This document shows positions 12,068-25,459 of a stretch of 64,000 bases of DNA, in pieces (positions within the stretch are counted from its first letter, which is position 1; each line of letters opens with the position of its first letter). This DNA is from Gnetum montanum (lineage: Eukaryota > Plantae > Gnetophyta): positions 310,001-374,000 of the forward strand of contig MNCI01000556.1 in NCBI GenBank assembly GCA_015680685.1. The letters are read 5' to 3'. Below the pieces are notes generated by a model. The model worked only from the letters and a program-made list of their open reading frames with translations, had not been told where the DNA came from and did no database searches. Both the position numbers and the translations under genes were made by a program.

Positions 12068-14291
12068 TTTTATTATGTGTCCGTACCTTCGATTCGAAAC
12101 TGAAACTGAAATTTTATCGAGTCATTGAACTTTCCAAATCTATTACAGAATATTTTTACAAGAATTACTAAATGTTCTTGAAATTACACGCAGATCAAAC
12201 CGTGAAGCAGCCGTCTACAATACGGCATTGATATAGTCATAGAAGGAAGACAGAAACAAAATTTCTATTGATAAAGTTACAAAGAAAAAATATACCTACT
12301 ATGGATGATACAAAGAAATTCTCCAATTAAGCATTGATAAGTAGCATTTGCAGGTATTTCATCTGCACAAATACAAGCAAAAGCAAAAGGAGCGAGGCAA
12401 TGGCATCGTGCGCAGAAGAAAAAGAAGAGGAGAAAAGGGACCGTGACAGACAGCGGCTTCCGTATACGTTACAGTAGAATAATAGCATTCAACAATTTGT
12501 GGTGTCCACTACTCGATCTCCGTTTTCAAGGCAGCTATCCCATCAAACAAATTTATTAAAAACCAAAAAATTAACAGAGAAGTTTTCAGGTAGCTCTTCG
12601 TATGATTTACAGTCAACCTCTCCGAACCTAAATTTTGGTAACCAAACCACTCTCCTTCTATAGTCCATAAAAATTTAATCTACAAGTGATAAATGATGAC
12701 CAACCATAAAAGTAGGATTAAATGATAACCATACATAAAAGCAAGGAAAATTTACAAAATGTAGAAAAGTGTTTTACTTGGCAGGGTTTTGTTGAAAATC
12801 ATTATCAATGTTTAAAAAATAAGGAAATTAGTCATATTGGTCAAGTTATTTGGTTTATTGATTAGTTGGCAAATAGTTCATACCAAGTTAGCAGATTTAA
12901 AATACATGCTTTTTAATATTTATTTATTTTCATATACAAAATAATCAAAATGTATTTATTTTATTAACTTTTATACTTAAACTAAAATTTTATTATGCCT
13001 ATAGAATATCTAGATCTATTATTTTTGTTAATGCTTATGATGTACTAACCCAATTTTGGGTTAGAAAAATAGATGATATATTGGAAGACAAAGTGAAAAA
13101 TGTGTTAAGTGTTAACTACCCTAATTAAAAGGTAAAACTATTTATAATTAAGTAACAAATTATAAGTCAAGGGTTGTAACTTGTCCCTTGGGTGTCTCTT
13201 AGGATCTTGAGGCAAGGCTCAACTAGGAGCATATGGCAAGGATGAAATGACAACATAGGATCATCAAAGAAGACAAAGAGGATTTGATCACTTCTCTAGC
13301 CTTAAATGTACTAGGCCTAACTATAGGGTGTTATCTTGGTTACCTCAAGGTCAAATCATATTTTAGATAACCTAAGAAAAAAGAAGATTTCTGACACAAT
13401 TCAGCTGGTGGCATATTTTTCTACATTAATAGAACTTTTCTTTTTCTTTTTCCTACTTAAATCTTGTTCTAACATTCTCAGATGCATTACATTTCAATAA
13501 AGTAATACAAAATTATGTATTTAAACAAAATAATATGTCATAAAGTATTATTAGTGCATTAAAGATTAGAGAGATTATTGAGGGCCAAATTAAAATAACA
13601 AGAAACAATGAAAAGTTTCATTAAAATAAAAAGACATAGAATTATCCATTACAAAAAGAGTCTACAACAGTCATCAAGGAGAGATGATAATAAATCTATA
13701 GATTCACCCTTTTACAAAGAAGAATAATAATAATAAGGGAATAAGAAAACTAGTAGAAATGACATACATAAATCAACGAAGATCAATTTTATGAATCAAG
13801 TAACCTAAAACCTTCAAAAGTTATTGAAGTCATTGCAAATCAATGGATTGTTCATTAGTAAAACACTAGATGACATTATGTAGGTTGATAATGGAGTCAC
13901 AAAAGAAGTGAATAAGAATCTAATTTTCTAAATAGGAAGAGAAGATCCAACGTAAACCATTCGTAATCTTGTCTAGGTTCCTAAAGAGGAAGAGAAGATA
14001 ATCCAAAAGGTTATGATGGAGTAAAGAAAATGACTACAAAGAGGGATAGGTTGCAATTCAGGTAGTAGTCCATGATAGGCCAAGCTATGAATCATTGAAG
14101 GAATCTAAGAGGATCCAACCCATGTAAGACTGATCAACTAAGAAAATTGCTAAAAGACCTATCATCAATAATAGGCAAAGGCAGGTATTATAAGGATGTG
14201 ACCAAAGAAAGAAAGAGAAGAGAAGAGAAGAATAAGATGATGTTACAAAGAAGTAATTCATAATGAGTTTGTTAGATACTAAGAGCGATTG

Positions 14292-15422
14292 CAAAATATG
14301 AATAATACAATTATAAAAGATGTATAATGATGAGTTTGTTTAATCAATGAACCATATGTTAAGCTTTCTTATGACCTAAACAATCCTTGTATAATTAAAA
14401 TTGTCTAAGAGACATAAAATCAAACTCTAACATGGTATCAAAGTGCAGTTGAAATTGGTTATGATGATAAATAGCTATGGAGGAAATAGAACTAGAATTA
14501 CTAAAATCAAAGTGAAGTGATGTATCAAAAGATTACAATGATTTGTAAATAGAGGAAAGTTGTATGTAATAGTTATATGGAACAATTAATCAATTTAACA
14601 CTATATATAGAGGCAAGAGTACAAGGAACAAAAACATAGGTTCATGTATCACATAAGTGTAAGGAAGTTGAAGAACAAAGCATAGGAAAAGGGGAAAAAT
14701 AAAATCATGAAACAAGTTCATGACTAGATGAAGCTTCTAAAGAGAGCCTTAGAAAGAATGTGAGAATCTCCCACACCATTAACAAATTGAAAGCATAGCA
14801 CTCAACATCATTTGCTTCTCAAACATCGTATGGAGAACATCATCTATATACTAAGATTAACTACAAAATATGAATAATACAATTACAAAAGATGTATAAT
14901 GATGAGTTTATTTAATTAATGAACCATATGTTAAGTTTTTTAATAACCTAAATAATCCTTATATAATTAGAGTTGTCCAAGAGACATAAAATCAAACTCT
15001 AACATGGTATCAAAGTGTAGTTGGAAATTGGTTATGACGACAAGTAGTTATGGAGGAAATAGAACTAGAATTACCAAAATCAAAGTGAACTGATGTATCA
15101 AAAGATTACAATGATTCATAAACAAAGGACATTTATATGAGATAGTTATACAGAATAGTTAATAAATTTGATACTATATATAGAGGCAAGAGTATAAGAA
15201 AAAAAAACATAAATTCATGTATCATAGAAAGATGAAGTAGAAGAACAAAGCATATGAAAAGGAAAAAAATAAAATCATGGAGCAAGTTTTTGATCAAATG
15301 AAGCTTCTAAAGATAGTCTTAGAAATAATGTTGGAATCTCCTATGACATCAACAAATTGGAAGAATAGCATTGAACATCATTCACTTATCAAACATCGTA
15401 TGGAGTACATCATCTATATACT
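14292..15422 (+). repeat. ~572-bp tandem duplication spanning LTR end, PBS and leader
   Basis: caaaatatgaataatacaatta... at 14292 and 14864; both units end aaacatcgtatggag.acatcatctatatact. Confidence 0.9.
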
Positions 15423-18402
15423 TCTACAAATGAAAGACAAGATGGATGAAGTATTACAACACTTAAAGATAATAGAAGATTCTAGAAGAGGCTACATGAA
15501 CAAAAAAAGATAAGACAACAATAATAGGCAAGTAAGGAGATCCTACAATTGGAACTAGAGTCCCAAAAATAAGCCCCAAAGAACTAATTACTCTAAACCA
15601 TATTACCCAAGACTGCATGATGCCAAGCCTATCCTTCATAATGTATGGAAGAAATAAGTTAAGTTATTATAAGACTTAACTTAAACATTGTAAGATCATG
15701 TAATGCAGAGAAAAGAAATAAATAAAGGGGATATTTTTGTAATAACTTTTTGTGTTACAAATGATCATCGCCATAAGCATTGAATGCATTATCAACAACA
15801 CAAGTTATCATAAATAACCAAAAAAAATACCAAAAATATGAAAATTCATAATTTTGAGCAACAATAAGCACAATTTCATAGTAAGGGTTCAAGCATATTC
15901 AAGATAAGGGTTTTTTATGCATTTCACTAAGAATTTCCATTTGCAAATTATGTGAAATCCATTTGTAACAATCTTTCTGCATATCAATATAAAGAATCAA
16001 GATGAATCTAGAAAAGAGGATTAACTATGATGCAATTATAACTACCAAGGTAGCCTTTGTCACATTGCATATAAGTCCTATCTAAGGAAATCTTGAGCTA
16101 AAGCATGTAATCACTTACAATTTAAATTTCCTAAAATAAAGAATAGAAGCAAAAGTATTCAACAAATTGAGGATTGTTAGCGTCGATGACTACACATAAT
16201 TTGAGTTTCTTACTTCAAAATTGATGACTAATGGAGAAATGAACTAGATGTTGAAAATGTATTCCAATAGAGTAATGAAAATATTTTATTGAGGTAAGTT
16301 TGCTCGCATGCTAATCTCTAAAGAAGTCATTTATTTTATTGCTAATGATAGAAATGTTTATTTATCAATTGTGGATACTTGATTCATCGTGAAGCCCTTG
16401 TGCCTACATTTCTCTCTAAGAAATCCCTAGAAGATTGTAGGTCACATCCCTAGATAAATACAGACCCACTACTAAAACCTATACATTCTATGTGTAAAAT
16501 TTATAATGTAGGGATGGATTACACTACAGTCCATTGGGGTATCATTAAGACCCTATACTATATTCAAGCTTGGGACTTGAAGTACACCTAGGTAAGAATT
16601 GTAGTACATAATTTTTATCATGCACTTATGAAGATGAAAGAAGGCACAAGTAGTAAATTTGGTTTTAGAGGGCTTCTCTCATTACTAGTGTAAAGATTTT
16701 CCAAGGGGGTTCTTACTCAATTACTAGCATGTGTAGTAATTCTTGTTCTTATGGGAGAAAGTGAGGTTATGAATTTTAATAACAAGAATCAAATAATATT
16801 TAAAGACATATTAATCATAACCTTGAAGGAACAAAGTAGTCAGGAATCAACCAAGGTCAAGGTATTAGCCTAGGGATCATCAAGATGTGCCCTAACACTT
16901 ACTTTTGAAGAAGATGATGCTATGAAGAAGTTGAAGATCCTATCAATTGTACAGAAGTCTACATCAAGTAAGGAGAAGGTTATAGGTGATGAGTTCCTTT
17001 CTATCTCTCCTACCAATTATTCTAATACTATAGATATTAACTCATATATAGACTTTCCAGCCTCAGATGTTCTTGGTTTAGTTGGTCATCATAATTAATA
17101 AACATGACTAAAGCATCACATAGTCTAAGCGCTTGTGTTGACTTAAAATCTACTAGTATCTATAAATAATTAGGATTTCAAAATTAAATTTCCTACACGA
17201 GAAATCCATATTCTTCTAAGTAGAACAACAATACAAAATTTTGGGAAGAATTGGTTGAAGACTAGAGTGAGGATGTAGATATAATAATTAAAAAAGAAGT
17301 ATAGTATTGGTTAGACATGAGGTAGTAGAATATATTCAATGATCATGAGCTCGTAAGAGCTAAAATATATCTCTATATTGAATTAATGATCCATTATGCA
17401 ACATTTAAGCAAGTAGAGGACAATAAAGAGGATGATATTTTGGATGTAGTTAAGAAATTATCATTGATTGAGAAGGAGAAAAAAGAATGGGAAATTGTCT
17501 TGCAACTTCATATTAGAAAATATGATAAAATGATATTAGCTTTTTAGAAATTTACACATATAGTGGAATAATACAAAGCATATATTAGGCATAAATTACA
17601 ACTAATGGATCAAGGACCTAGTTAGGTAACTCTATCTATAAAAGAAAAGGAAGAGAAAATTATAAAGATTGAGGAGCAACACTTACAATAGAAGGAAGAA
17701 CTAAAGGATAAGGCTCAACAGTTGAAACAAGAAGGTAAATATTGTCATAAGACTAACAAAAAACTAGTGATAAAGCATCAATCACCATAGGTTAACATCT
17801 AGAAAGCCAAGCATATGATGCTTGCTACAAACTCATCAATAGAAGAATATAAGCAATATCTCATCTCCAAAGAAGAAGAAATGAAGGCTTTCTCAACAAA
17901 ATTGGAAGAGCTACGAAGGGAAATGAAAACAATCAAGGCATTCATGAAGTTGTAACAATAAAAAAAATACTATACTTAGAATCATTACAAGATGTACTAA
18001 AAGCAAAACTGCCTCCTTCCTCTACTTTTGAACATAACTTGTTCTTATTCTTATTTCCATTTCTATTCTTGAAGTTCCACATGAAATTGAAATGGAGTCC
18101 ACACTATCCATTCCCCAAATTGACATTCCATGATAAATATTCTCTTTGAGATACATTCCTTGTGTCTAATATGTGCTACACTATTTTTTGTTTCTATGAA
18201 ATTGTGAGTGAAGGGAAGAGAGGGGGTGGGGGATGGGGGTGGTGTTGTAGGGAGGAAGAGTAATTTCATCAATTCTTATAAATATATAATGCTTTTTGAT
18301 TGGCCACCATGAAGTATTATATGATTTTTAAAATATCATTTATACACATCAACTTCATAAGAAATAACAAACCAAGTTATGAAACTAATGCTTGAAGGGA
18401 AG

Positions 18403-19337
18403 TGTTTGAATATGATCATAACATGTTGTACAATCATTAGTTTTGCAATTATCCATGGTTGTCCATAGTCACTTATAAATAATTCGTAACAAAAAGATGT
18501 GACTTATCATGCAACCCATTATAACCCTATCCATGGAACATAAGCATCTATCAATCAACCACTAAGATGTATGAAGTGAAGAGATGTGGTGAGGAACATT
18601 AAAATAATTAAGAAGATAGTATGTGTAAGCAACAATGAATCATAAGAGATGTTACTAGATGTAGCATCGTACAAAGGAAAATAAGAATCAGAACCATAAG
18701 GAACTAAAGGTACATGTCCAAAATCAAGGAAGTAATTAACATTAAGAAAAATAATGAAATGTAGTAGTCATTATGATTAATAGAATTCATAATGATAATC
18801 CAAGTATCAAAAGGTTAAAGAAGTAACTTAAATGAAAGAAGTGAAAAAGAATCTAATTTCTTAAATAGAAAGAGTAGATCCAAGGTGAATCATTTGTAAC
18901 TTGGTCTAGGTTCTTGTGATGAAGTAAATAAAATGACTATGAAGAGGGATATGCTACGATTGAAGTAGTAGTCCATACTAGGCCAAGCTATGAATCGTTG
19001 ATGGTGTCCAAGAAGGCCTAGCCCACTTAAGACTAATCAACCAAGAAAATTCCCAAAAGACCTATCATGAGTAACAGAAAACAGTAGGCATCATAATAAT
19101 GTAGCCAAAGAAAGAAATAAATAAATAATAAGGATAAGAAGAAGATTTTATGAAGAAGTAATTCATAATAAGTTTGTTAGATACCAAGAGTGACTACAAA
19201 ATATGAATAATATAATTACAAAAGATATATAATGATGAGTGTGTTTAATCAATGAACCATATGTTAAGTTTTTTCATGACCTAAATGATTCTTATATAAT
19301 TAGAATTATCGAGGAGATGTAAAACAAAACTCTAATA
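18403..19337 (+). repeat. 3' LTR of the Met-primed element
   Basis: Preceded by a polypurine tract, begins TG, and its 3' part matches the PBS-adjacent LTR copy. Confidence 0.65.
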
Positions 19338-20720
19338 AGGAGCATTTGTAGGTGGTGGATGAAGTGAAGACAACTTCCATGTCCAAGTTTATTAAAAATT
19401 ACCAATGATGTCTTTATGATAGTAATATTGCTAGGTGTAAACATGATCCCTCCATGCAAGATTGAGATATCCTATAATGGCAGACTCAAGATGATAAAAA
19501 GTCTTCCAATCTTCTTGGATTGCCTACACCTTGTCCAAGACTTGAATCAAATAAGTACAATGATTATAATCATTAGAGAGTGCACTAGTTGGAGACTATG
19601 ATTGATGAGGTGGAATATTAACAAGGATCTGAAAGGTATTTCCAAAAGGTAAGGAAGAAGGCCTAGAAAACTAATCCACTTCATCATCATCTAGAACCCT
19701 TCACTTTCCATAAATTGAACCTATTTGGCACATCTCTAATCTAGTGGAGAATGCTTCTTGATAGAAATAATTAACTTTAATGTTAGAACAAATATCTTCC
19801 ACTGATAAATTAATTTTCAAAAGTAAGAGAAATAAATCACCAATGTTAAGGTTAGATGGTATCCAACTTACTGTAGTATCGATTAGATTGATCTTCAATA
19901 GAGCAGGTACTTAAGGTCTCAATTGATAAGATGATGAAGACTAATTTTCTTTTTCCTTATGTATTTATTAAGAACAAAAAAGTGTAGGTAAGAGACCCAC
20001 TATTGAATAAGGAATACTGACTAATTTATGAATAAAGAAAGAATACCTATGACTAATGGAAGCTTGTGGAAGATGACTAGACTTCTATTTCTTTCATTTA
20101 GTGATCCTCTAGTGGATCCATTTTCATTAGAGCTATCGATGTTTTCATCCTTCTATACTAATAATTTTTTTTAAATGTTAAGTAAGAAGTAATTAGTAAA
20201 CAACAAACATAAAACAAATACCTTAGTAAAGTGTGAGGAATCAATCAGGTTATGAAAATCACCCCCTTCCATAAGAGTGAAATGAACTAATATAGTTCTT
20301 ACTTTCAACAAGCTTTCAATTGAAATAATCTTTCAAGAATCAAAAAGTAAGTAATGACAATATTTAGACCAATATTTAGTAACTGAATAATAGTTGAAGT
20401 TACTTTTTATTCCAAAATAAGAGCCTAGAAAAGCTACTCCCATATTGGTTTCATTACTTTATGAACCCTTAATTTGGACTACAGGCAAGGTCAAATAATC
20501 TTCAAAAATTTTAGAATAGACATAAAAATTGTTCATAATTATGTAATAAAATAATAAATATAGTAATGAAGATGCAATAGTTTTTTTGACTCAAAATCCT
20601 CTTCTAGCAATCAAAGAGATAATATGGAACAAATACTAATAATGAATGGCTAAGTTTTTAAAATTAAAAGAGCTTGAATTTGCGATCAAGACATTAACAT
20701 AACCAGCTAGTTTAGGTTTT

Positions 20721-21483
20721 TGATGAGTGGCGAGGTACCCCTACACTCCACCATACGAATACGAGCGTGCACGCGCGATCTGGTCGAACTCCGCAAACTA
20801 AATGCCTTAACGCCACAAGAAACACTTGGGGTTAATCGTTCGTTGTCTTCCCAGGCTTGCTTGTATGTGTCACGGTGTATGGTTAAGCAAGTCTGAGGTA
20901 TGTGATTTTTTTGGTATTTTCANNNNNNNNNNNNNNNNNNNNNNNNNNNNNNNNNNNNNNNNNNNNNNNNNNNNNNNNNNNNNNNNNNNNNNNNNNNNNN
21001 NNNNNNNNNNNNNNNNNNNNNNNNNNNNNNNNNNNNNNNNNNNNNNNNNNNNNNNNNNNNNNNNNNNNNNNNNNNNNNNNNNNNNNNNNNNNNNNNNNNN
21101 NNNNNNNNNNNNNNNNNNNNNNNNNNNNNNNNNNNNNNNNNNNNNNNNNNNNNNNNNNNNNNNNNNNNNNNNNNNNNNNNNNNNNNNNNNNNNNNNNNNN
21201 NNNNNNNNNNNNNNNNNNNNNNNNNNNNNNNNNNNNNNNNNNNNNNNNNNNNNNNNNNNNNNNNNNNNNNNNNNNNNNNNNNNNNNNNNNNNNNNNNNNN
21301 NNNNNNNNNNNNNNNNNNNNNNNNNNNNNNNNNNNNNNNNNNNNNNNNNNNNNNNNNNNNNNNNNNNNNNTGGCTGTGGACCGCGATATCGCATACGCGA
21401 TATCGTAGGGAAAGACTTGATATCGCGGCGGCTGCGATATCGCGTACGCGATATCACGGCCCAGTGCAAGTCGTGTCTCATCA
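20721..21483 (-). mobile_element. Solo LTR (or element collapsed in the assembly gap) related to the element-A family
   Basis: Plus strand starts tgatgagtggcgaggtacccc (reverse complement of the A LTR end) and ends ...ctcatca with a GCGATATCGC array; 5-bp TSD GTTTT at 20716-20720 and 21484-21488. Confidence 0.9.
20923..21370. other. Assembly gap (N run)
   Basis: Run of n characters. Confidence 1.
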
Positions 21484-22522
21484 GTTTTCAAAAATCTTGA
21501 TTTCTTTACTATTGTTCCTAAGGACCATAGTGTTGTATCCACTTTGTCTTTTTTTTTTCTTGCATGAGTTAGAGTTCTTGATATATTCTATGACTTTTTT
21601 TAGCCCAAACCATCTTCAATAGTCTAGATTCAACGTCTTGCATTATCAATAACATTTTTTCTGATTTTCTTTTTTAGCATTCATCAAAATGACTTCTCAC
21701 ATCATTTGTGAGATCGTTGTGGATGTCTGCCTTCAATCTTTAGTTTTGATGTTTGGTGTTGTCTCCCACATTGATTCTAACTTCATCTTTTTAAACAATT
21801 TTGTGCAACATCCAATATCAATCTTGCTTTTGATGTCCAACATCATTTTCTACATCAGTTATAGATTCGAATTATATTTCATCTATGCACATTATTTCTC
21901 CAAACTAGAATTTTCTAAAAGATTCTGTTGACCCTAATGCATGATTTCTTCATAATCTACAAGGCATTAATGACCTATAAATAGGAGGATATCCCTCAAT
22001 AAAAAGAGGTTGGTTGGTCAGTTAGTAGTTGTGACATTGGCAATTTGGAAAACTTTTCAAAAACTTAGCCTCTCTACAAAATAGCTACTTTTCTACAAAC
22101 TATTAGAAAACTCTATGTCATTCTTAGCTCCTTAGAGTTTATCTAGTTTTCCTCTCTTTTTTTGACACATTATATCTCATTTGTGTTGTCCTCCTGACAC
22201 ATTAAGAGCCTCACTAAATTTGGATTAACACATAGATTTGATTCAATCCTTTGTTATCACATATCAGTAGTTCCTAACCTATAGTAGTTTTATCAAATCT
22301 TCATCAAGCACACACGTCAAAGAGAGAATGGGGTAACACAACTCCTCATTAGTCATCCTTGATTCCTAATTTCATCTCATATAATTGCTATTACATTCTC
22401 CCAAGTTCCTTTGGAAATTCCACTTTTTATATTTCTACTTCTAAGAACATAATTTTTAAAAGATTTACCTTTTGATTTGTTTCAGCTTTCTATCTCTTTC
22501 AATCACATATGATCTATATTTC

Positions 22523-23338
22523 TGATGGGATGCAATATCGCATGGTCCACGATATCACGTATGCCGCGATATATCACATACACGATATCGCAGTGCATCG
22601 CCAAATCTATAAATAAGAGGCAAATTTCCTTTGTTTCATATGATAGAGTTAGATTGTAGCTAGACTCTAGTAGTTTGATCTCTCTAGAGATAGAATATTT
22701 TCCAATGTCTGCCCGCAGTGTGGTGAATGTAATTGTACAGCATCCTTTATTTGAGTGTGATGTACTTGGACATGCACATGATCGGCAATAAAGATCGAGA
22801 TTACTTCATCATTGCAACATTCACTTTGTTTATGTATTTATTTAATTATTATATACTGCTTTCCTAATTAGTCTCTCTCACCCTTAAACTCACGTTAGAA
22901 CGCAGAATGCGTACGACTTGATTACGAGCATTTAAGTGTGACTACTTCGTAACCCAGTAGCGTACCTACGATCTATGCTTGGTAATCCTAGTGGTAGTCA
23001 TGCACGAAGTCCGAGATGTGTATGGATAATCAAGGAACAGATGCTCATCCCACTTAGGCTAGATTAGATTCTCTTACCCTTTTTCTCCTAGCTTAGTTAA
23101 TATTACTTTCCATTGCCTTCAGGAGTAGCATTAGATTAGGAACCACATCATACACCTCACTTTGGACTAAACCATACGTGACAAATATAATACTAGTCTA
23201 GGTGGGAAGACAATGAACTGCGACCTAAGGATAACTGTCTAGGTGCCACAACTAGTCCATCTGCGGAGTTCTACCAGATCACGTGTGAAAACGCTCGTAT
23301 TCATATGGTTGAGCGTAGGGGTACCTCGCCACTCATCA
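22523..23338 (+). repeat. 5' LTR of element A
   Basis: Homologous to 30268-31117; TATA at 22608-22615; AATAAA downstream. Confidence 0.95.
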
Positions 23339-23339
23339 T

Positions 23340-23358
23340 TGGCACCGTTGCTGGGGAT
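23340..23358 (+). promoter_or_regulatory. Primer binding site, tRNA-Asp
   Basis: tggcaccgttgctggggat versus TGGCGCCGTTGCCGGGGAT, the complement of the plant tRNA-Asp 3' end and typical of Athila. Confidence 0.9.
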
Positions 23359-23464
23359 GGTGATAGTTATCTAGATTAGTTATATCATACAGGGTCACTG
23401 TATAAGGACTTAATGATATATCTTATTAAAAGTCACATCCAAATTCACACACAATTTCACAACC

Positions 23465-25459
23465 ATGACTCTCCTACAAGACTATAACAATGTCACACTT
23501 AGTGAGGAAGTTCATTAGAGAACCAATGAACTATATGACAATGAAGATTGAAGTTCACAACCTGAAGTGGGGGTTTCTTATAGACATGAATGAAAACAAC
23601 GTTGTCACAACGCATGAAAGCATAACTTACCCAATGACGATGAACCCCCACTGGCCACTACAAGCTTAATGCAAATACAAGAGGCTGTTCGAATCTTCTG
23701 TAGGCATCGTAAAGAGAGCCATCTACCCAAGCTCGATTTAAAAAACTTTTCTAAATCTTCAGGAGGCTATGACTTAGATCCACATCAACATTTACAAGCC
23801 TTCTATGATGCCCGCACATGGAATAACATTGATAATGAATGGCAAAAACTTAAGCTCTTTCCTATGACACTTGTTGATCAAGCAAAAGTATGGTACTGAG
23901 CATTAAAACCAAATTCAATATGATGTTGGTCAACAATGGTAGAAGTATTTAACAAATAATATCAAACCTATGCAAGAGTTTCAGCCTTGAGGAAACAAAT
24001 CCAAGGATGGAAACAAGCACAACATGAACCCTTGGACATGGCTTTAGAAAGATATTACACATTGTTAAACAATTGTCTAGGCCATGGGTTTTCCGAGGAA
24101 AGGCTAATGTACCATATCATTGATGGGCTACGTAATGAAACAAGAGAGACCTTAGGAATGTATGCCCAAGGTCAACTATACGAACTATGAACCCATCAAA
24201 TCCAAGATCTTATTAAGCAGGTAGCAAAAGAAGAAGGAGAAGTGGCTAGATGGGAGAGTATTGAAAAACATCAACGGGACCAAAATCTCAACTTAACAAA
24301 GGTCCATGATCATAAAAAGGAGAAATCAACCTATCACAAGGAGAAAGAACCATCTTTGCCAATACAAAAATTGTTAGAAGAAGTCGAGGCAAAGATGAAT
24401 AAGATGTTGGAATGGACATATCAAAAGTGTGGAGAATTTATTGATATCATTGGAGATAGAGTTTTGACAACCCAAGAAGCAGGAAGAAATAGTAGAAAAT
24501 TGGAAAGAAGGGATAAGGAGAATAAGAGCTCAACTGCCAATCATACGTATGAATGCAACATATGCCTGTATGATCACCCCAAGGGCCAATGCCCAATATT
24601 GTTACATTTACATGAGCATTGGGGAAATACGTTACATCTAGAGTTCGTGCAAAGATACTATGTTCGATCATAGTGGCAACAATCCTAGTCGTGGGGGAGA
24701 CCACCACTAAAATGGAGACACCCTTCATATTATCCAAATCCAAATGCATATCTTGTTCAACATCCTATTTCTCCAACTGGGCCAACACACTTTATCTCAC
24801 CACAGCACCATTCTTCTCAATACTATCAACCCATGCCTCCAACACAACCACCACCTTGTGTATCTTATACACCTCCTAACTTTCAACATTCTCATCATTT
24901 CGCTCCTTCTACATCACCACCAACTATGCCTAAGGTGTCTGCACCACCGCAACAACCCACGAACATTAATTGTGCTCCTACTACGAACAACAGTGAAAAG
25001 CCTCCTTAACATCCAAAGTGTCCCTTCTTTAAACACGGTCGTAAGAAGGGACAACATAATTCCAAGGCCATTGCATCCTCCAGCTTAGCACAAGTCCCAC
25101 ACTATGGTGCATCCTTACCTTCGAACTCAATGCCTCATGTAACTTCATCAGGACCACCAACTCACACTCCAACAACAATCTGGCCCAATGAACTCAACCA
25201 TGGAGAGCGAACACCTAATCCTTGCATACCATATAATGGTCTCAAACATCATAGTGGGTCAACTTGTTATCTGGGAACTACATCGCATAAATTGCCCCAC
25301 TATGCTTATTATAACCTAGTGTGTGAAACCCGAAGGAGTAAATATGACCAAGCCAGAATACTTTCAAAATGCAAGGATCCCCATCATCAATTATTAATCC
25401 TTGTCTTCCTCAACCGTTTAACTATGAGGGATATCCCTCATTCTAATAAGCAGGATTAA
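23465..25459 (+). pseudogene. gag: gag of element A (stops and frameshifts)
   Basis: DPHQHLQAFYDA...LKLFPMTLVDQAKVWY; QIQGWKQAQHEPLDMALERY; zinc knuckle CNICLYDHPKGQCP. Confidence 0.9.

Larger units (their letters stand above)
10730..12640. other. CpG-retaining island (possible unmethylated regulatory or first-exon region, or a recent insertion)
   Basis: CG dinucleotides are visibly frequent here but nearly absent in 9-10 kb and 13-20 kb; no TE protein motifs. Confidence 0.5.
13900..19337 (+). mobile_element. Old tRNA-Met-primed LTR retrotransposon remnant (Copia-like, no recognisable pol); left boundary uncertain
   Basis: LTR end ctctaaCA followed by TGGTATCAAAG PBS at 14433 (and 15005). 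PPT ttgaagggaag followed by TG at 18403. 18835-19337 is homologous to 13900-14432 and ends ctctaata without a PBS. Confidence 0.65.

Noticed and set aside
19340-20700. Possible pol or viral fragment on the minus strand (ORF 19701-19898)
   Set aside because: No diagnostic motif could be read; too decayed to call
20826-21542. Long ORFs of 168-224 aa in the ORF track
   Set aside because: Artefacts of translating through the N gap inside an LTR
21960-22520. LTR of the Ogre/Tat remnant (TATA at ~21976, tggtgcc at ~31271 as PBS)
   Set aside because: Plausible, but no second LTR, terminus or convincing tRNA match to support boundaries
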